A stretch of 63,239 nucleotides of DNA, the filler included, from Octopus bimaculoides (Eukaryota): NCBI RefSeq assembly GCF_001194135.2. It is 6 parts of 5 records of this genome, joined end to end, with 100 filler letters (N's around TTAATTAATTAA, not from the genome) between each part and the next. Parts side by side here need not be neighbours in the genome. Positions count along the whole stretch, not along the records: positions 1 to 16,123 come from NC_068983.1; positions 16,224 to 29,869 come from NC_068985.1; 4 more parts are not named here. One strand, written 5' to 3'. The notes under the pieces are model-generated. The model was not told the origin of the DNA. It made no database searches and saw nothing but the letters and a program-made list of their open reading frames with translations. The position numbers and the translations under genes were made by a program. Shown here piece by piece: positions 14,369 to 26,599 of this stretch. How positions within the stretch are numbered: position 1 is the first letter of the stretch; each line of letters starts with the position of its first letter.

Positions 14369-15289
14369 NNNNNNNNNNNNNNNNNNNNNNNNNNNNNNNN
14401 NNNNNNNNNNNNNNNNNNNNNNNNNNNNNNNNNNNNNNNNNNNNNNNNNNNNNNNNNNNNNNNNNNNNNNNNNNNNNNNNNNNNNNNNNNNNNNNNNNNN
14501 NNNNNNNNNNNNNNNNNNNNNNNNNNNNNNNNNNNNNNNNNNNNNNNNNNNNNNNNNNNNNNNNNNNNNNNNNNNNNNNNNNNNNNNNNNNNNNNNNNNN
14601 NNNNNNNNNNNNNNNNNNNNNNNNNNNNNNNNNNNNNNNNNNNNNNNNNNNNNNNNNNNNNNNNNNNNNNNNNNNNNNNNNNNNNNNNNNNNNNNNNNNN
14701 NNNNNNNNNNNNNNNNNNNNNNNNNNNNNNNNNNNNNNNNNNNNNNNNNNNNNNNNNNNNNNNNNNNNNNNNNNNNNNNNNNNNNNNNNNNNNNNNNNNN
14801 NNNNNNNNNNNNNNNNNNNNNNNNNNNNNNNNNNNNNNNNNNNNNNNNNNNNNNNNNNNNNNNNNNNNNNNNNNNNNNNNNNNNNNNNNNNNNNNNNNNN
14901 NNNNNNNNNNNNNNNNNNNNNNNNNNNNNNNNNNNNNNNNNNNNNNNNNNNNNNNNNNNNNNNNNNNNNNNNNNNNNNNNNNNNNNNNNNNNNNNNNNNN
15001 NNNNNNNNNNNNNNNNNNNNNNNNNNNNNNNNNNNNNNNNNNNNNNNNNNNNNNNNNNNNNNNNNNNNNNNNNNNNNNNNNNNNNNNNNNNNNNNNNNNN
15101 NNNNNNNNNNNNNNNNNNNNNNNNNNNNNNNNNNNNNNNNNNNNNNNNNNNNNNNNNNNNNNNNNNNNNNNNNNNNNNNNNNNNNNNNNNNNNNNNNNNN
15201 NNNNNNNNNNNNNNNNNNNNNNNNNNNNNNNNNNNNNNNNNNNNNNNNNNNNNNNNNNNNNNNNNNNNNNNNNNNNNNNNNNNNNNTAT

Positions 15290-15575
15290 CTGAAAGTATC
15301 CATATATTGACAGCCTTTGAGAAAGAAGGAAAAGCCTCCTCATCGAAATAAAACTCCAGAAGGAAACCAAAACTTTCAGATAGGGACTATTAGACTCTTA
15401 TGCAAATTGTTAGACAGAATCACAAAAGTACAACTCACAAAATTGCTGCAAGGCTTAATGACCACCTCACGAACTCACTTTCCACAAGAACTGTTCATCA
15501 GAAGCTGCACAAAGGCTGGATTTCATGAGAGGGCTGCAATCAGAAAACCACTACTTTCAAAACATAAACATGAAA
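15290..15575 (+). mobile_element. Tc1-like transposase N-terminal HTH region (degenerate)
   Basis: Translation SRRKPKLSDRDY*TLMQIVRQNHKSTTHKIAARLNDHLTNSLSTRTVHQKLHKAGFHERAAIRKPLLSK, typical Tc1 GRKPKLSDRD...VSTRTV..ELH..G...R.A.RKPLLSK. Confidence 0.8.
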
Positions 15576-15579
15576 TATG

Positions 15580-15823
15580 TAAACATGGAATACAAACTTT
15601 TTATGCAAACAACGAAAGAAACAAATGGAAAACAAGACAAGTAACATAAATAACAATACTTCATCAGTTGTAGACTGTATTTCTACTCCACATTTGAGCA
15701 AATGTGGAGTAGAAAAACAGCCTACAACTGATGAAGGGTCTTTCTTTATGTTACTTGTCTTGTTTTCCATTTGTTTCTTTCGTTGTTTGCATAAGAAAAG
15801 TTTGTATTCCATGTTTATGTTTT
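15580..15823. repeat. Near-perfect palindrome (about 117-bp arms, 2-nt loop)
   Basis: aaacatggaatacaaac...caagacaagtaacataaa...ttcatcagttgtag...ctactccacatttg AG caaatgtggagtag...ctacaactgatgaa...tttatgttacttgtcttg...gtttgtattccatgttt; centre at 15697-98. Confidence 0.92.
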
Positions 15824-16167
15824 GTGATGTCCCAGAAGGTAGTACCGTTCAAAGGCTAAAACAATGCAAAGTGTATTGTAACCAATGATGTGCGGTCATG
15901 TGGTCATATACATATTTTATTTTGGTTGAATGAGTCACTTGCTACTCTGAGTTTCATCTGTGGGTGTACAGGATCTTCGTATATACAATGTTTTCTTCGT
16001 ACTTTTTCATAGTCTTTTCTCTATCTTTTTTATTTCTCACATTTCCTCAATTGAGCCTGAACGATTACTGGATTTTGCACAGTATGAATATATATGCATA
16101 TATATATATATATATATATATATNNNNNNNNNNNNNNNNNNNNNNNNNNNNNNNNNNNNNNNNNNNN

Positions 16168-16179
16168 TTAATTAATTAA
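16168..16179. other. Assembly gap filler TTAATTAATTAA (also 29914-29925, 39943-39954, 43755-43766, 48281-48292)
   Basis: Identical palindromic 12-mer carrying stops in all six frames, embedded in the middle of N runs five times. Confidence 0.9.
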
Positions 16180-16933
16180 NNNNNNNNNNNNNNNNNNNNN
16201 NNNNNNNNNNNNNNNNNNNNNNNATATATTCAGTCAGTTTCTTGTCAGTGGTTTTTATTTATTCTCTGAATGTCTAACGGAACATTATTCTCCTTCTTCT
16301 ATCTGTAAAATTATGAATAAAAAATAACGTATGTTGTCCATTTATTACTGCTTGCGGTTTTTACGCGTCAATTGAATTTTATGTTTCCTACATTTGTCCT
16401 CATTGTGCCTCCACTACATTCATCCATATCTTGCCTTTTTTTTTATTATTATCTGGTCACCTACTAAATCCCACATCCACTTTGTGTATTTCAGTTATTT
16501 ACTATCGCATCATTCTCATTGTATTATTATCATTTGAGAAAATAAACACCAGCCAACATAAGTATATATGCATTTTTTTCTGGTTAACTACACTGATCTC
16601 CTGAAAGGCAAATCATAATTCACACCTTCAAATTCTACTGATTTTATTACTATAACCATTCTGGGTACTTAACGCATTGGTGCTTCTTATATTCGACGCA
16701 AGTTGAATAGAAATTTCCATATCATCGGTTAACACATATGATAACACAACGGTTCAAATATGTGCTTCTTTCAGCATGAACACAATAAAATATTCTATGA
16801 TTTTGTACAAAAAGAAACCATATAGAAAAGACGTATATAGACGCCAACCGCAAACACATGCACACACAAACACACACACACTTACAGACACACAAACGCA
16901 TCTACGCACGTACACCCTCAAACATGCATGCAT

Positions 16934-16964
<31 letters not shown>

Positions 16965-17042
16965 GGTATATATGTATGTGTGTGTATGTGTATGTGCCTA
17001 TCTCTATCTCTGTCTTACTCTCTGTCTCTCTGTACACACACA

Positions 17043-17103
<61 letters not shown>

Positions 17104-17314
17104 NNNNNNNNNNNNNNNNNNNNNNNNNNNNNNNNNNNNNNNNNNNNNNNNNNNNNNNNNNNNNNNNNNNNNNNNNNNNNNNNNNNNNNNNNNNNNNNNN
17201 NNNNNNNNNNNNNNNNNNNNNNNNNNNNNNNNNNNNNNNNNNNNNNNNNNNNNNNNNNNNNNNNNNNNNNNNTATATGAAATAATATAACTTACCTTTCT
17301 ATTGTTGTTGTTGC

Positions 17315-17372
<58 letters not shown>

Positions 17373-17378
17373 TTTTTA

Positions 17379-17409
<31 letters not shown>

Positions 17410-18206
17410 TACATTTGAGTTATGTTGTTAAGCATTGATTACTGATAAAGGTCAGCGATTCTTGAAAGTATATAGAAAAGAACAAACAATTTTGAATACC
17501 TTTTTTTTTTTCATTTCCCTGTGAAGTTAATGTTAACATATATCATTAAAAATAAATGACTGCAAAAACAAGTCGGAAAAATAATCAATTTCATGAATAG
17601 AGTTTTTTTTTTCTTTTATTTTTACACATTTCTTTTTCGCTCTAACATAGCAAGTATATTCATGAAGGTGAAAATGTTATTTTCATCCAACACACCCTTC
17701 GTTGATGTAGATCTCGATAAGTATCGGTTATTCTGAATATGTGATAAAATAAGTTTTCCATTAACTCAGAGTCAATAATAATACTATTTGTTTTCGGGGG
17801 GTTTTGTGTGTATTTTTTTATTAGATAAGAACCAGCAGTTGATGTTGAAACTGCAGGAATAACAATATGAGGGATCAATACACTATTTAGTATTTTATTA
17901 GTTACTCCACTCTTCAATCGTACAATAAGATCTTTTGTATTGCTAAGTTATTTTATTAAGCCAATTGAAGACGAAAATGTTTAAAAATCGATAGAAGGTT
18001 AGGTATCGACAATGTGCACTGAATATATTCAGATCGAAATGTTCTATATTCAAAATATACTCTGATATGCTCACATTTGCTATTTTTTAATATGTGGTGA
18101 TTCGCTTTCGTAGATTACACTCACAACCACACATGCACACAAACAGACACACACAAAAAAAAACGCGCGTACACATATGCATATAACCCCACGTACACAT
18201 GGGCAC

Positions 18207-18251
<45 letters not shown>

Positions 18252-18376
18252 ATCCTGTACGTACATATGTATACATATGGATAGGAAGATAATATAGATG
18301 TTTGAGCATGTATATATTCATTGGCGTATATGAAAACATTATATATGTATACGTTTAAGTAAATATGTGTACATAT

Positions 18377-18425
<49 letters not shown>

Positions 18426-18440
18426 TGTACACACAGGCAG

Positions 18441-18477
<37 letters not shown>

Positions 18478-19218
18478 GAGAGAGAGAGAGACATAGAAAG
18501 AACGAGGAAGTATAATGCTGAAAAATTGTATCGCCGTCACAGCGGCCATATCTTCACGCGTCATTGGGTCTTGTTATAGATTCGCCGCAATATGTCGATA
18601 TAATAATTGCATTTGCTGAATTTTGTAAACGTTGATTTGTGTCTTTGTGTGCCGACTGTGACTGCATTGTCTCTAATGTATATCAGTCTTGCCTTACACT
18701 TGGGTTTCACTAGTGGTCTCAGAAAGGAAAAAAAAAACCCACTTTACATACAATGTGTCTTGTTAAGAACATACGTAAACTTGATATTCACTCGCAAGCA
18801 ATATGGTTTTCTGTCACTTTTATTGGTTGAGTCACACTATACCTTCTTTAGCAAATGTCTTCACCTAACCTCTTCACATTTACTACATTTCCGCATTGTT
18901 TATGCATCGTGTAACATCTTCTTCTGGCTTTGTACGACGTTTGTTATATTTTTCAATCAAAAGAGTACTGAGTTTGCCATTTTCTCTCCAACCTTTTTCA
19001 AAGCCCCTGTCACGTAGACCATATTCACACCTACTTACCTTATTCCCCAACAAAACTTAACACATTCCTTACAAACCCTAGGTAACCAATCACATTCACC
19101 GTATCTCAGACGCCATTTCCTATACTTATGTCCCAGCACAGACATCCTCTCCCACTTCCATACAAAACCGCAGTATCGTGAGCATATCAGAGTATATACA
19201 CACACACACACACACATA

Positions 19219-19268
<50 letters not shown>

Positions 19269-22200
19269 TTATATCTATATGTGTGTGTGTGTGTATGCGA
19301 TGGGTTTCTTTCAGTTTCCTGCTACAAAACCACCACTCACATGGCTTTGGTCGTCTCGAGGTTAACGTTTAAGATATTTGTCCAAGATGCGTTGCAGTTT
19401 GACAGAACTCATAGCCATGCGTTCCTGAAGCAAACTTCTTAACGCACTGACTCAGCCGCGCCTATATTCAACACTTGCGCTTATATAGAATATTCTGGAG
19501 AAATGCTGCATGCGGTTCAGTTGTACTTACATTTGGCCAGCAGAGTCAATTCACAAAGTTTTGCGAACAGTGTGATCCACGTCTGTTAAAGCAACCAGCG
19601 GTTGCGTGCACATAGTGTCATTGTCGATCGCGACAAAGAGCTCATAGTCTACAACGTTGTTAATTTACTTACACACTCTCGCTGACGCGCGTATGCACGC
19701 GTATGTAGGTTTTGTGCACTCACTCGTTATCTCGTTATCTATCTATTTACTTACCGATGCATTATTTGTTATTGATTCTGTTATCTCAGAAAAAAAAAAG
19801 AAACTTTTATTCTTCTCGTTGCACACAAATCAAATTGATTAAATTTTGGATGGGTATATCCAATTTCTGTTTGGTTATTATCTTATTCATTTGTTGCTAT
19901 TAGTATATCCTTTTTTTTCTGTCGTTAATCGAAATTCTGCAGAAAAAAATTTCTTATGTTTGCTAATCTCTTAGTATTATCATTTTAGTTTTTAGTTGAT
20001 ATCTCGTTTTATTTTTTTTTACTTTATTTAGTTAGGCGATGTCGTCGCGTAAGCATTTGAGTGCAAGTCAGAATACCTCCAAGTATTTAGTACCATGGCA
20101 ATACGTGCTGTTTTCAAATTTCAATGAAATCGAATGCAATTCTCAATAAAATATATATAGAAAAAAGAACAGGTTGTATCCTGCAGTCAAGTCAACAAAT
20201 TTACTTCAGCAGCATTGCCAAATGAAGCTGGGATACGTTAATTTATTCTTATCAGTCTTACACTCGGTTTTATCTTGCTCTGTGCTGAAACTTCTTGCAA
20301 TACCACATACAGGTTTCTATCAAAGAAATGTGTGGACGTTGTTTTAATTTATACTTCGAAGCATATTTTTGTGGAAGTATTCGCTGCCAGGATCCCACAG
20401 TCCTGAACATCTTTGCAAATTATGCAAGGAATCTTTATATTTTCCAAAATCTTCATATACTATTATTTAAAAATTATAAATTATAATTACATGATCTGTT
20501 CATTTATCGTTAACGATCTTTCATTTCGTTTAAACAATATTTACAAAAGGTTTTCTCAGAAACAACTAATACTCAAATAGTCGTAGCTCCTATAGAGAGA
20601 AACAACCAAACCACCAAGTTAACCAATATCCAAATTAACTTCAATGGATATATTTTCCATTCGTAGAAAGCTTTTAATGCATCTTATGGAAAAAGATAAA
20701 ACAGTTAAATTTGGAGTTTATCAAAACATGGTTTTCATATAAATCATTTTCTTTAATGCCAGCCAGATTTGAAGAAATTAATTTTAAGTGTTTCAAAGAG
20801 AACAGCAGATCGAAAAATCACTATTATTTTCGAACGTGTATGTTACTGTGTAATTTTACATTTTAAAGAGTAATATGCATAAAATCCATTAAATAAAGGA
20901 AGTTTCTTTGCTTAGAAATTATTGAAATTTTACAAAAGAAAAACAATTTTCCACAATTCAACGGATTTATCTACCTATCTATCTTACTTGTTTCTTTCTT
21001 TCTGTATGTATGTCTATCTATTTGTGTGTGAGTGTGTGCGTGCGTGTATGTGTATCTGTTTTTGTCTGCATGTCTGTGTGTATGTATGTCTATATATANN
21101 NNNNNNNNNNNNNNNNNNNNNNNNNNNNNNNNNNNNNNNNNNNNNNNNNNNNNNNNNNNNNNNNNNNNNNNNNNNNNNNNNNNNNNNNNNNNNNNNNNNN
21201 NNNNNNNNNNNNNNNNNTAACGTACGTGCACTTGTTTCACCCATTTGACTGCGGCTATACAGGAGCATATCCATGAAGAAACTTTAGTCGAATGAATCGA
21301 GCTCAATACATATATTAAGCCTGGCCTCTTTGACAGAATCGATAAGTTACGTACATGTAAACGCAACACCACCGGTTGGGAAATCCACTCACGTGGCATT
21401 GGCCGGCCCAAAGGTATAGTAGAAGACACTTGCCCAAGCTTTCACGCTGTAGGACTTAAGCCCGAACCATGTGGTTTGGAAGCAAAATTCTTACCACACA
21501 GCCATGCCTGTGCAACTATAAAAAACATCATAAAGAAGAACGGAAGTTTATACATATTTAGGATTTATTTAGTAACGCATTATTCCTAACATATTTAAAC
21601 CCACACTTGTTTGTACTGGATAAGTAATATTGCATCTTTTGATGTAGCAGTTACATACATTTATCTGCTGTGAACTTAAATCATTTGCACATCCATCTGA
21701 GCTAGACATTCGTAGACAGGTTTTTGGTAGGTTGTACCCTAGCAATGCAAACAGTCTTGTAACGGATATTATAATATTTGTTTATATATTCAACCTAACG
21801 TGGATGTTTTGTGTATAAGGCCTATGCATGCGCTAAACGTCCCAAGGAATCATCTCGTGTAGACAGCAAATATTGAAAAGCGCAGATAATATCGTTTGAC
21901 GATAATTTGCTAGCACCGTGTGATGGCAGAGTAATACCCCATGATTTTACTGTAATTCATCAGCAACAGGTAACAAAATAACGAATGCAAGCGCTAAAAT
22001 CAGCTAAACCAATGTATTTAGCATCAGCCAACAGCTAATGGTGTGGGGTAACGTTAGCAGACTATGTATAAATTAGCTGTTCGTGAAAAACGACCTTTGT
22101 AACGAACAGTAACTGTCATGTCCATAATATGATTTCTCGGGGCGTTAAACTAGGCGTTGTTACCAACAGGACATTCAAGTCGAGTTGGATGTGTTAATTA

Positions 22201-22429
22201 CTGTCAGCAAAATAACTGACATTTCTCCTGAATCCTAAGAATATTTATGACTACCACTTCATAATAATCATTACTAAGCCAGACAAATTCAAGGAATTTG
22301 AAAATGCATGACGCAGTGAAATCAGTGCTTCCTGTTCATTTTATAAACTAAAAATACATTGACAAAAGATTACATATTACTAGACGTAGAACTATAAACT
22401 ACCCTAAGTATCATTGTTCTAGCTTTCAT

Positions 22430-24170
22430 AGACGCTGTGTATGGCCCACTGTTCATTCAGAGTCGTTTAGAGTTTATGCTTTACTTAGAAATCAACACAA
22501 GTCATTGGCTTCGATGTTGTGCGTAAATATTTGTTCACTTATGAATATTGCATCTAATGCGTTTCATCCAACCTTAATTATATGTATTTGCTCTCTGTTC
22601 TACATGCATATCTTCCATAACATTCTCAGATTTATTTCAATCAAAACGTATCATTTAGTAGTTTTGTCCCATTTGCTTACTAATATATTCATTTTATCCA
22701 TTCTTGCTTTATAAACACGATCTACTACCATACATATAAAAACGCAGTCTACAGTCTGTTCACGTAATTTAAGAATGGATTGCTTTGTTTATATACAGTA
22801 GAGCTACTATTAATATCTTTTGTAATTCGCCAAAAGCTTATAGGTAATAAACACATCACAGGCTTCTTTAATTTTTGTCTATATTTGTTTTGTTCAATAG
22901 CTTTCTGATTAATCAATAAATTTATACGTTCTGCTTGTTTTATTTTTGTACTTAGGGATATTATTTCCCTTTCTAGTAAGAATTCGGGGTTTATAATGGT
23001 TTCTATATAATTCACAAAAAGTTGTTGCTAAGATTTCGTATATAACAGTTAATTATTAATATTAGGAATCCATGTGCTTATCAATCCCGGAAATGTTTTA
23101 GCGTAAACTGTTATTGATTATTTTCTACAGTTTGCTTGCTTTTTTTGTTTTTGTTTTTGCCATACGTTTATATATATCCTGCTGATTATTTCTACTTTAT
23201 GCGAATAAATATGTGTTGCTTTTGTTGTGTATTCCAACATTATAGAATTTCCTTTATTTTCCCCAGTGAATATGTTTAATAGTTGTTTCATATACTTTAC
23301 TCTCACAAATAAAAAAAGACAAATCGCTCATGATTTTCACCAAAATTTCTTTTTTTGTTTCTATCTTAGAAATGCTTGATAGGATCATTGGCTCCAATCG
23401 TTTTCGTTTCCAAAATTGTTCCTGTTTTTTATATGAATTTTCTTAACTGAATTGATTAGCCTTTCTTTTAATTTTTTTTTTCTCCTTTTAGAGTCAGAAA
23501 AAGATACAATATTTTTTTTTCTTTTAGATTGTTGTATCAGATCTTTTTCAAAAGGTTTGGTTTAATCTACTAATATCGATCCAGATTTCCCTTGGTGTTT
23601 GCTATTGCTGCTGAATAAATTAGGTTATTGAATCTATAGATATTACGGTTTGCATCTGCAGGAAGGCAGAACTAATTTTATGAAGAATTCACTTATAATT
23701 GGCTATTATATCTGAAATATAGGTGTTTATTCTTAACCTGTATTGTCTGTTGCTGTTCAACTGGTTTACTGACTGTTTTTACCATGAATATCACTTAAAG
23801 TACACATTATCTGTTCGGATAGGTGGCTCTTAAATTAGACTTCGATTTATACTCTTATAACGTGGAGTTTTTCTAGTTGTATAGTATTTCACCTTTTTAA
23901 GAGCACGTCCATGCTGTTTTGTGGCGTTAGATCTATTCTCATTTCGCATTTTATATAAAGTCGAGTGAAAATGGGTATATTAGTTCTTCCAATACATGAA
24001 AAGATAAAACAAAATTCTAAACAGAGTGTATTTAATATCGATCATATTGTCACGGATAGCAGTCTGGATTTTGTGAAAGTCAAATACTTCCTACTAGAAG
24101 CTGTTTCATTCCAGAGTTCCATTATCCGTTTTGCTTCTTTGAGCTTAATTGATTTGAAACGTTTGCACAA
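22430..24170 (-). mobile_element. Highly decayed Dong/R4-like (RLE-type) non-LTR retrotransposon, N-terminus to RT
   Basis: Frame-hopping minus translation gives AKRIMELWNE, FNNLIYSAAIA, ESKVYET..*RKFYNV, SGIDKHMDS*Y**LTVIYEILATTFCEL...P...KGNNIPKYK, PVMCL/TYKLLA. This is the motif order of R4/Dong ORFs (NxLIYAAA; RY..RKFY; PGxDxI..WYKxLT; IPK..YRPITCL.TYKLL). Confidence 0.62.
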
Positions 24171-24189
24171 GCTCAGCAAGTTCAGTTTA

Positions 24190-24740
24190 GAGGCTAATTG
24201 TGTTACATCGACCCCAGTGATGAACTGGCACCGGTTTTATCAAATCATTCAGAATGAAAGTCAAACTCGACCTCGAAGGGATTTCAAATCAGTACGTAAT
24301 GGCGGACGAAATACAGTGAAGCTGCTAATGATCGAGCAAAATGCTTAGCGGTATTTTGTCCGGCGAGCTGGCAGAATCGTTAGCACGCCGGGTGAAATGC
24401 TTACCGGCATTTCGTCCGCCGTTACGTTCTGAGTTCAAATTCCGCCGAGGTCGACTTTGCCTTTCATCCTTTCGGGGTCGATAAATTAAGTACCAGTTAC
24501 GCACTGGGGTCGATGTAATCGACTTAATCCGTTTGTCTGTTCTTGTTTGTTGCCTCTGTGTTTAGTCCCTTGTGGGCAATAACGAAATAGGTATTTTGTC
24601 CGTCTCTACGTTCTGAGGCCAAATTCCACCAAATTCGATTTTCCTTTCATCGTTTCGGGACCGATAAAAGAAGTACTAGTTGATTACTGGAGCTGATTTA
24701 ATTGACTTAGCCCCTATCCCCAAATTATTGACTTTCAACC
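24190..24740. mobile_element. Cluster of SINE family B (Nin/Deu-domain-like) copies
   Basis: ggcgagctggcagaatcgttagcacgccggg...gagttcaaattccgccgaggtcgactttgcctttcatcctttcggggtcgataaattaagtaccag at 24362-24560, plus decayed neighbours in both orientations. Confidence 0.85.
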
Positions 24741-26599
24741 GGAATTTGATTCTTGAACCGAAATATAGTGACATAAATTTATCGACTGCTATTTCCAGTA
24801 ACTATTGGTGCTTTGTTGTACCGATACTAGTTATATAAACACATATATGTATGTATATATATACATATATNNNNNNNNNNNNNNNNNNNNNNNNNNNNNN
24901 NNNNNNNNNNNNNNNNNNNNNNNNNNNNNNNNNNNNNNNNNNNNNNNNNNNNNNNNNNNNNNNNNNNNNNNNNNNNNNNNNNNNNNNNNNNNNNNNNNNN
25001 NNNNNNNNNNNNNNNNNNNNNNNNNNNNNNNNNNNNNNNNNNNNNNNNNNNNNNNNNNNNNNNNNNNNNNNNNNNNNNNNNNNNNNNNNNNNNNNNNNNN
25101 NNNNNNNNNNNNNNNNNNNNNNNNNNNNNNNNNNNNNNNNNNNNNNNNNNNNNNNNNNNNNNNNNNNNNNNNNNNNNNNNNNNNNNNNNNNNNNNNNNNN
25201 NNNNNNNNNNNNNNNNNNNNNNNNNNNNNNNNNNNNNNNNNNNNNNNNNNNNNNNNNNNNNNNNNNNNNNNNNNNNNNNNNNNNNNNNNNNNNNNNNNNN
25301 NNNNNNNNNNNNNNNNNNNNNNNNNNNNNNNNNNNNNNNNNNNNNNNNNNNNNNNNNNNNNNNNNNNNNNNNNNNNNNNNNNNNNNNNNNNNNNNNNNNN
25401 NNNNNNNNNNNNNNNNNNNNNNNNNNNNNNNNNNNNNNNNNNNNNNNNNNNNNNNNNNNNNNNNNNNNNNNNNNNNNNNNNNNNNNNNNNNNNNNNNNNN
25501 NNNNNNNNNNNNNNNNNNNNNNNNNNNNNNNNNNNNNNNNNNNNNNNNNNNNNNNNNNNNNNNNNNNNNNNNNNNNNNNNNNNNNNNNNNNNNNNNNNNN
25601 NNNNNNNNNNNNNNNNNNNNNNNNNNNNNNNNNNNNNNNNNNNNNNNNNNNNNNNNNNNNNNNNNNNNNNNNNNNNNNNNNNNNNNNNNNNNNNNNNNNN
25701 NNNNNNNNNNNNNNNNNNNNNNNNNNNNNNNNNNNNNNNNNNNNNNNNNNNNNNNNNNNNNNNNNNNNNNNATATATATATATATATATACACGTATACA
25801 TACATGCATACCTACATATGTACATACATACACACATACATACATATATACCAATGAGTTTTACAATATTCAATGAATTTTTGCTGTTATGAGAAATATC
25901 CTAGTGTTGTGTTTAAGAGTGTTCTTTGTTAATTTTTCAGCTATTTTTCCCGTTACTCGTAATTGTACTGTTTGTAAATTGTACAGTCTGGAAATAAGAC
26001 AGTTGTTTATTTTCATCATTTGTTATCTGTTCTGGAAATTGTTCTGTGTGTTGACTCGTGGGGGCGCTTCAGTTTCCCCCCCCCCTGTCTATATGAAGGA
26101 ATCATGTGTGCGTACTCGAATGTCAAAAAGAAATTAAAGGATTATATATTCATACAGAGTCGCTTATTTTGAAGTTGCTTTAAAAATGTCAACGTTAAAT
26201 AGCCGGAAGCGTTCAAGCGTGTTTTTTTTTTAATGATAAATATTCACAGAAAATTATAACCATTCAGGTATTTAAAATTACTCCGAAAGAGGATTTCACT
26301 TGTAAAGCTGGGTTGTAATTGAATTGCTTTACCTTCAGCTGTTAAAGAACAGGTCAAACTGCTACCAACGATGGACATTTTCTTTTCTCTCCATATTTTA
26401 TGTAAACCCCAACGAAAGTTGTTGTCTGTCCTTGAGATGCCCACCTCATCGATGACTCTCTAAATAATAAACAAAGTCATTATTATTTCATGTGTGTTTT
26501 TTTGGGAAATTGTGTACGTGTATGTGATAGTATCAATTTGTACAAAATAAATTATCCATACTGTAACCGCTACGCTTCTTTCTCATAATTCTCTTGTCC

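Noticed and set aside
15655-15740. Hammerhead ribozyme core (CTGATGA in both palindrome arms)
   Set aside because: No downstream GAAA box or stem II/III could be found on either strand
18600-19020. Degenerate C2H2 zinc fingers or gag knuckle on the minus strand (CSKCEEVR*RHL, KPYC)
   Set aside because: Cys/His spacing is not recoverable in a consistent frame
20221-20346. Signal-peptide-like short ORF MKLGYVNLFLSVLHSVLSCSVLKLL as hyaluronidase exon 1
   Set aside because: No WNxP motif follows, the donor is weak, and it is 21 kb from the catalytic exon with no linking evidence
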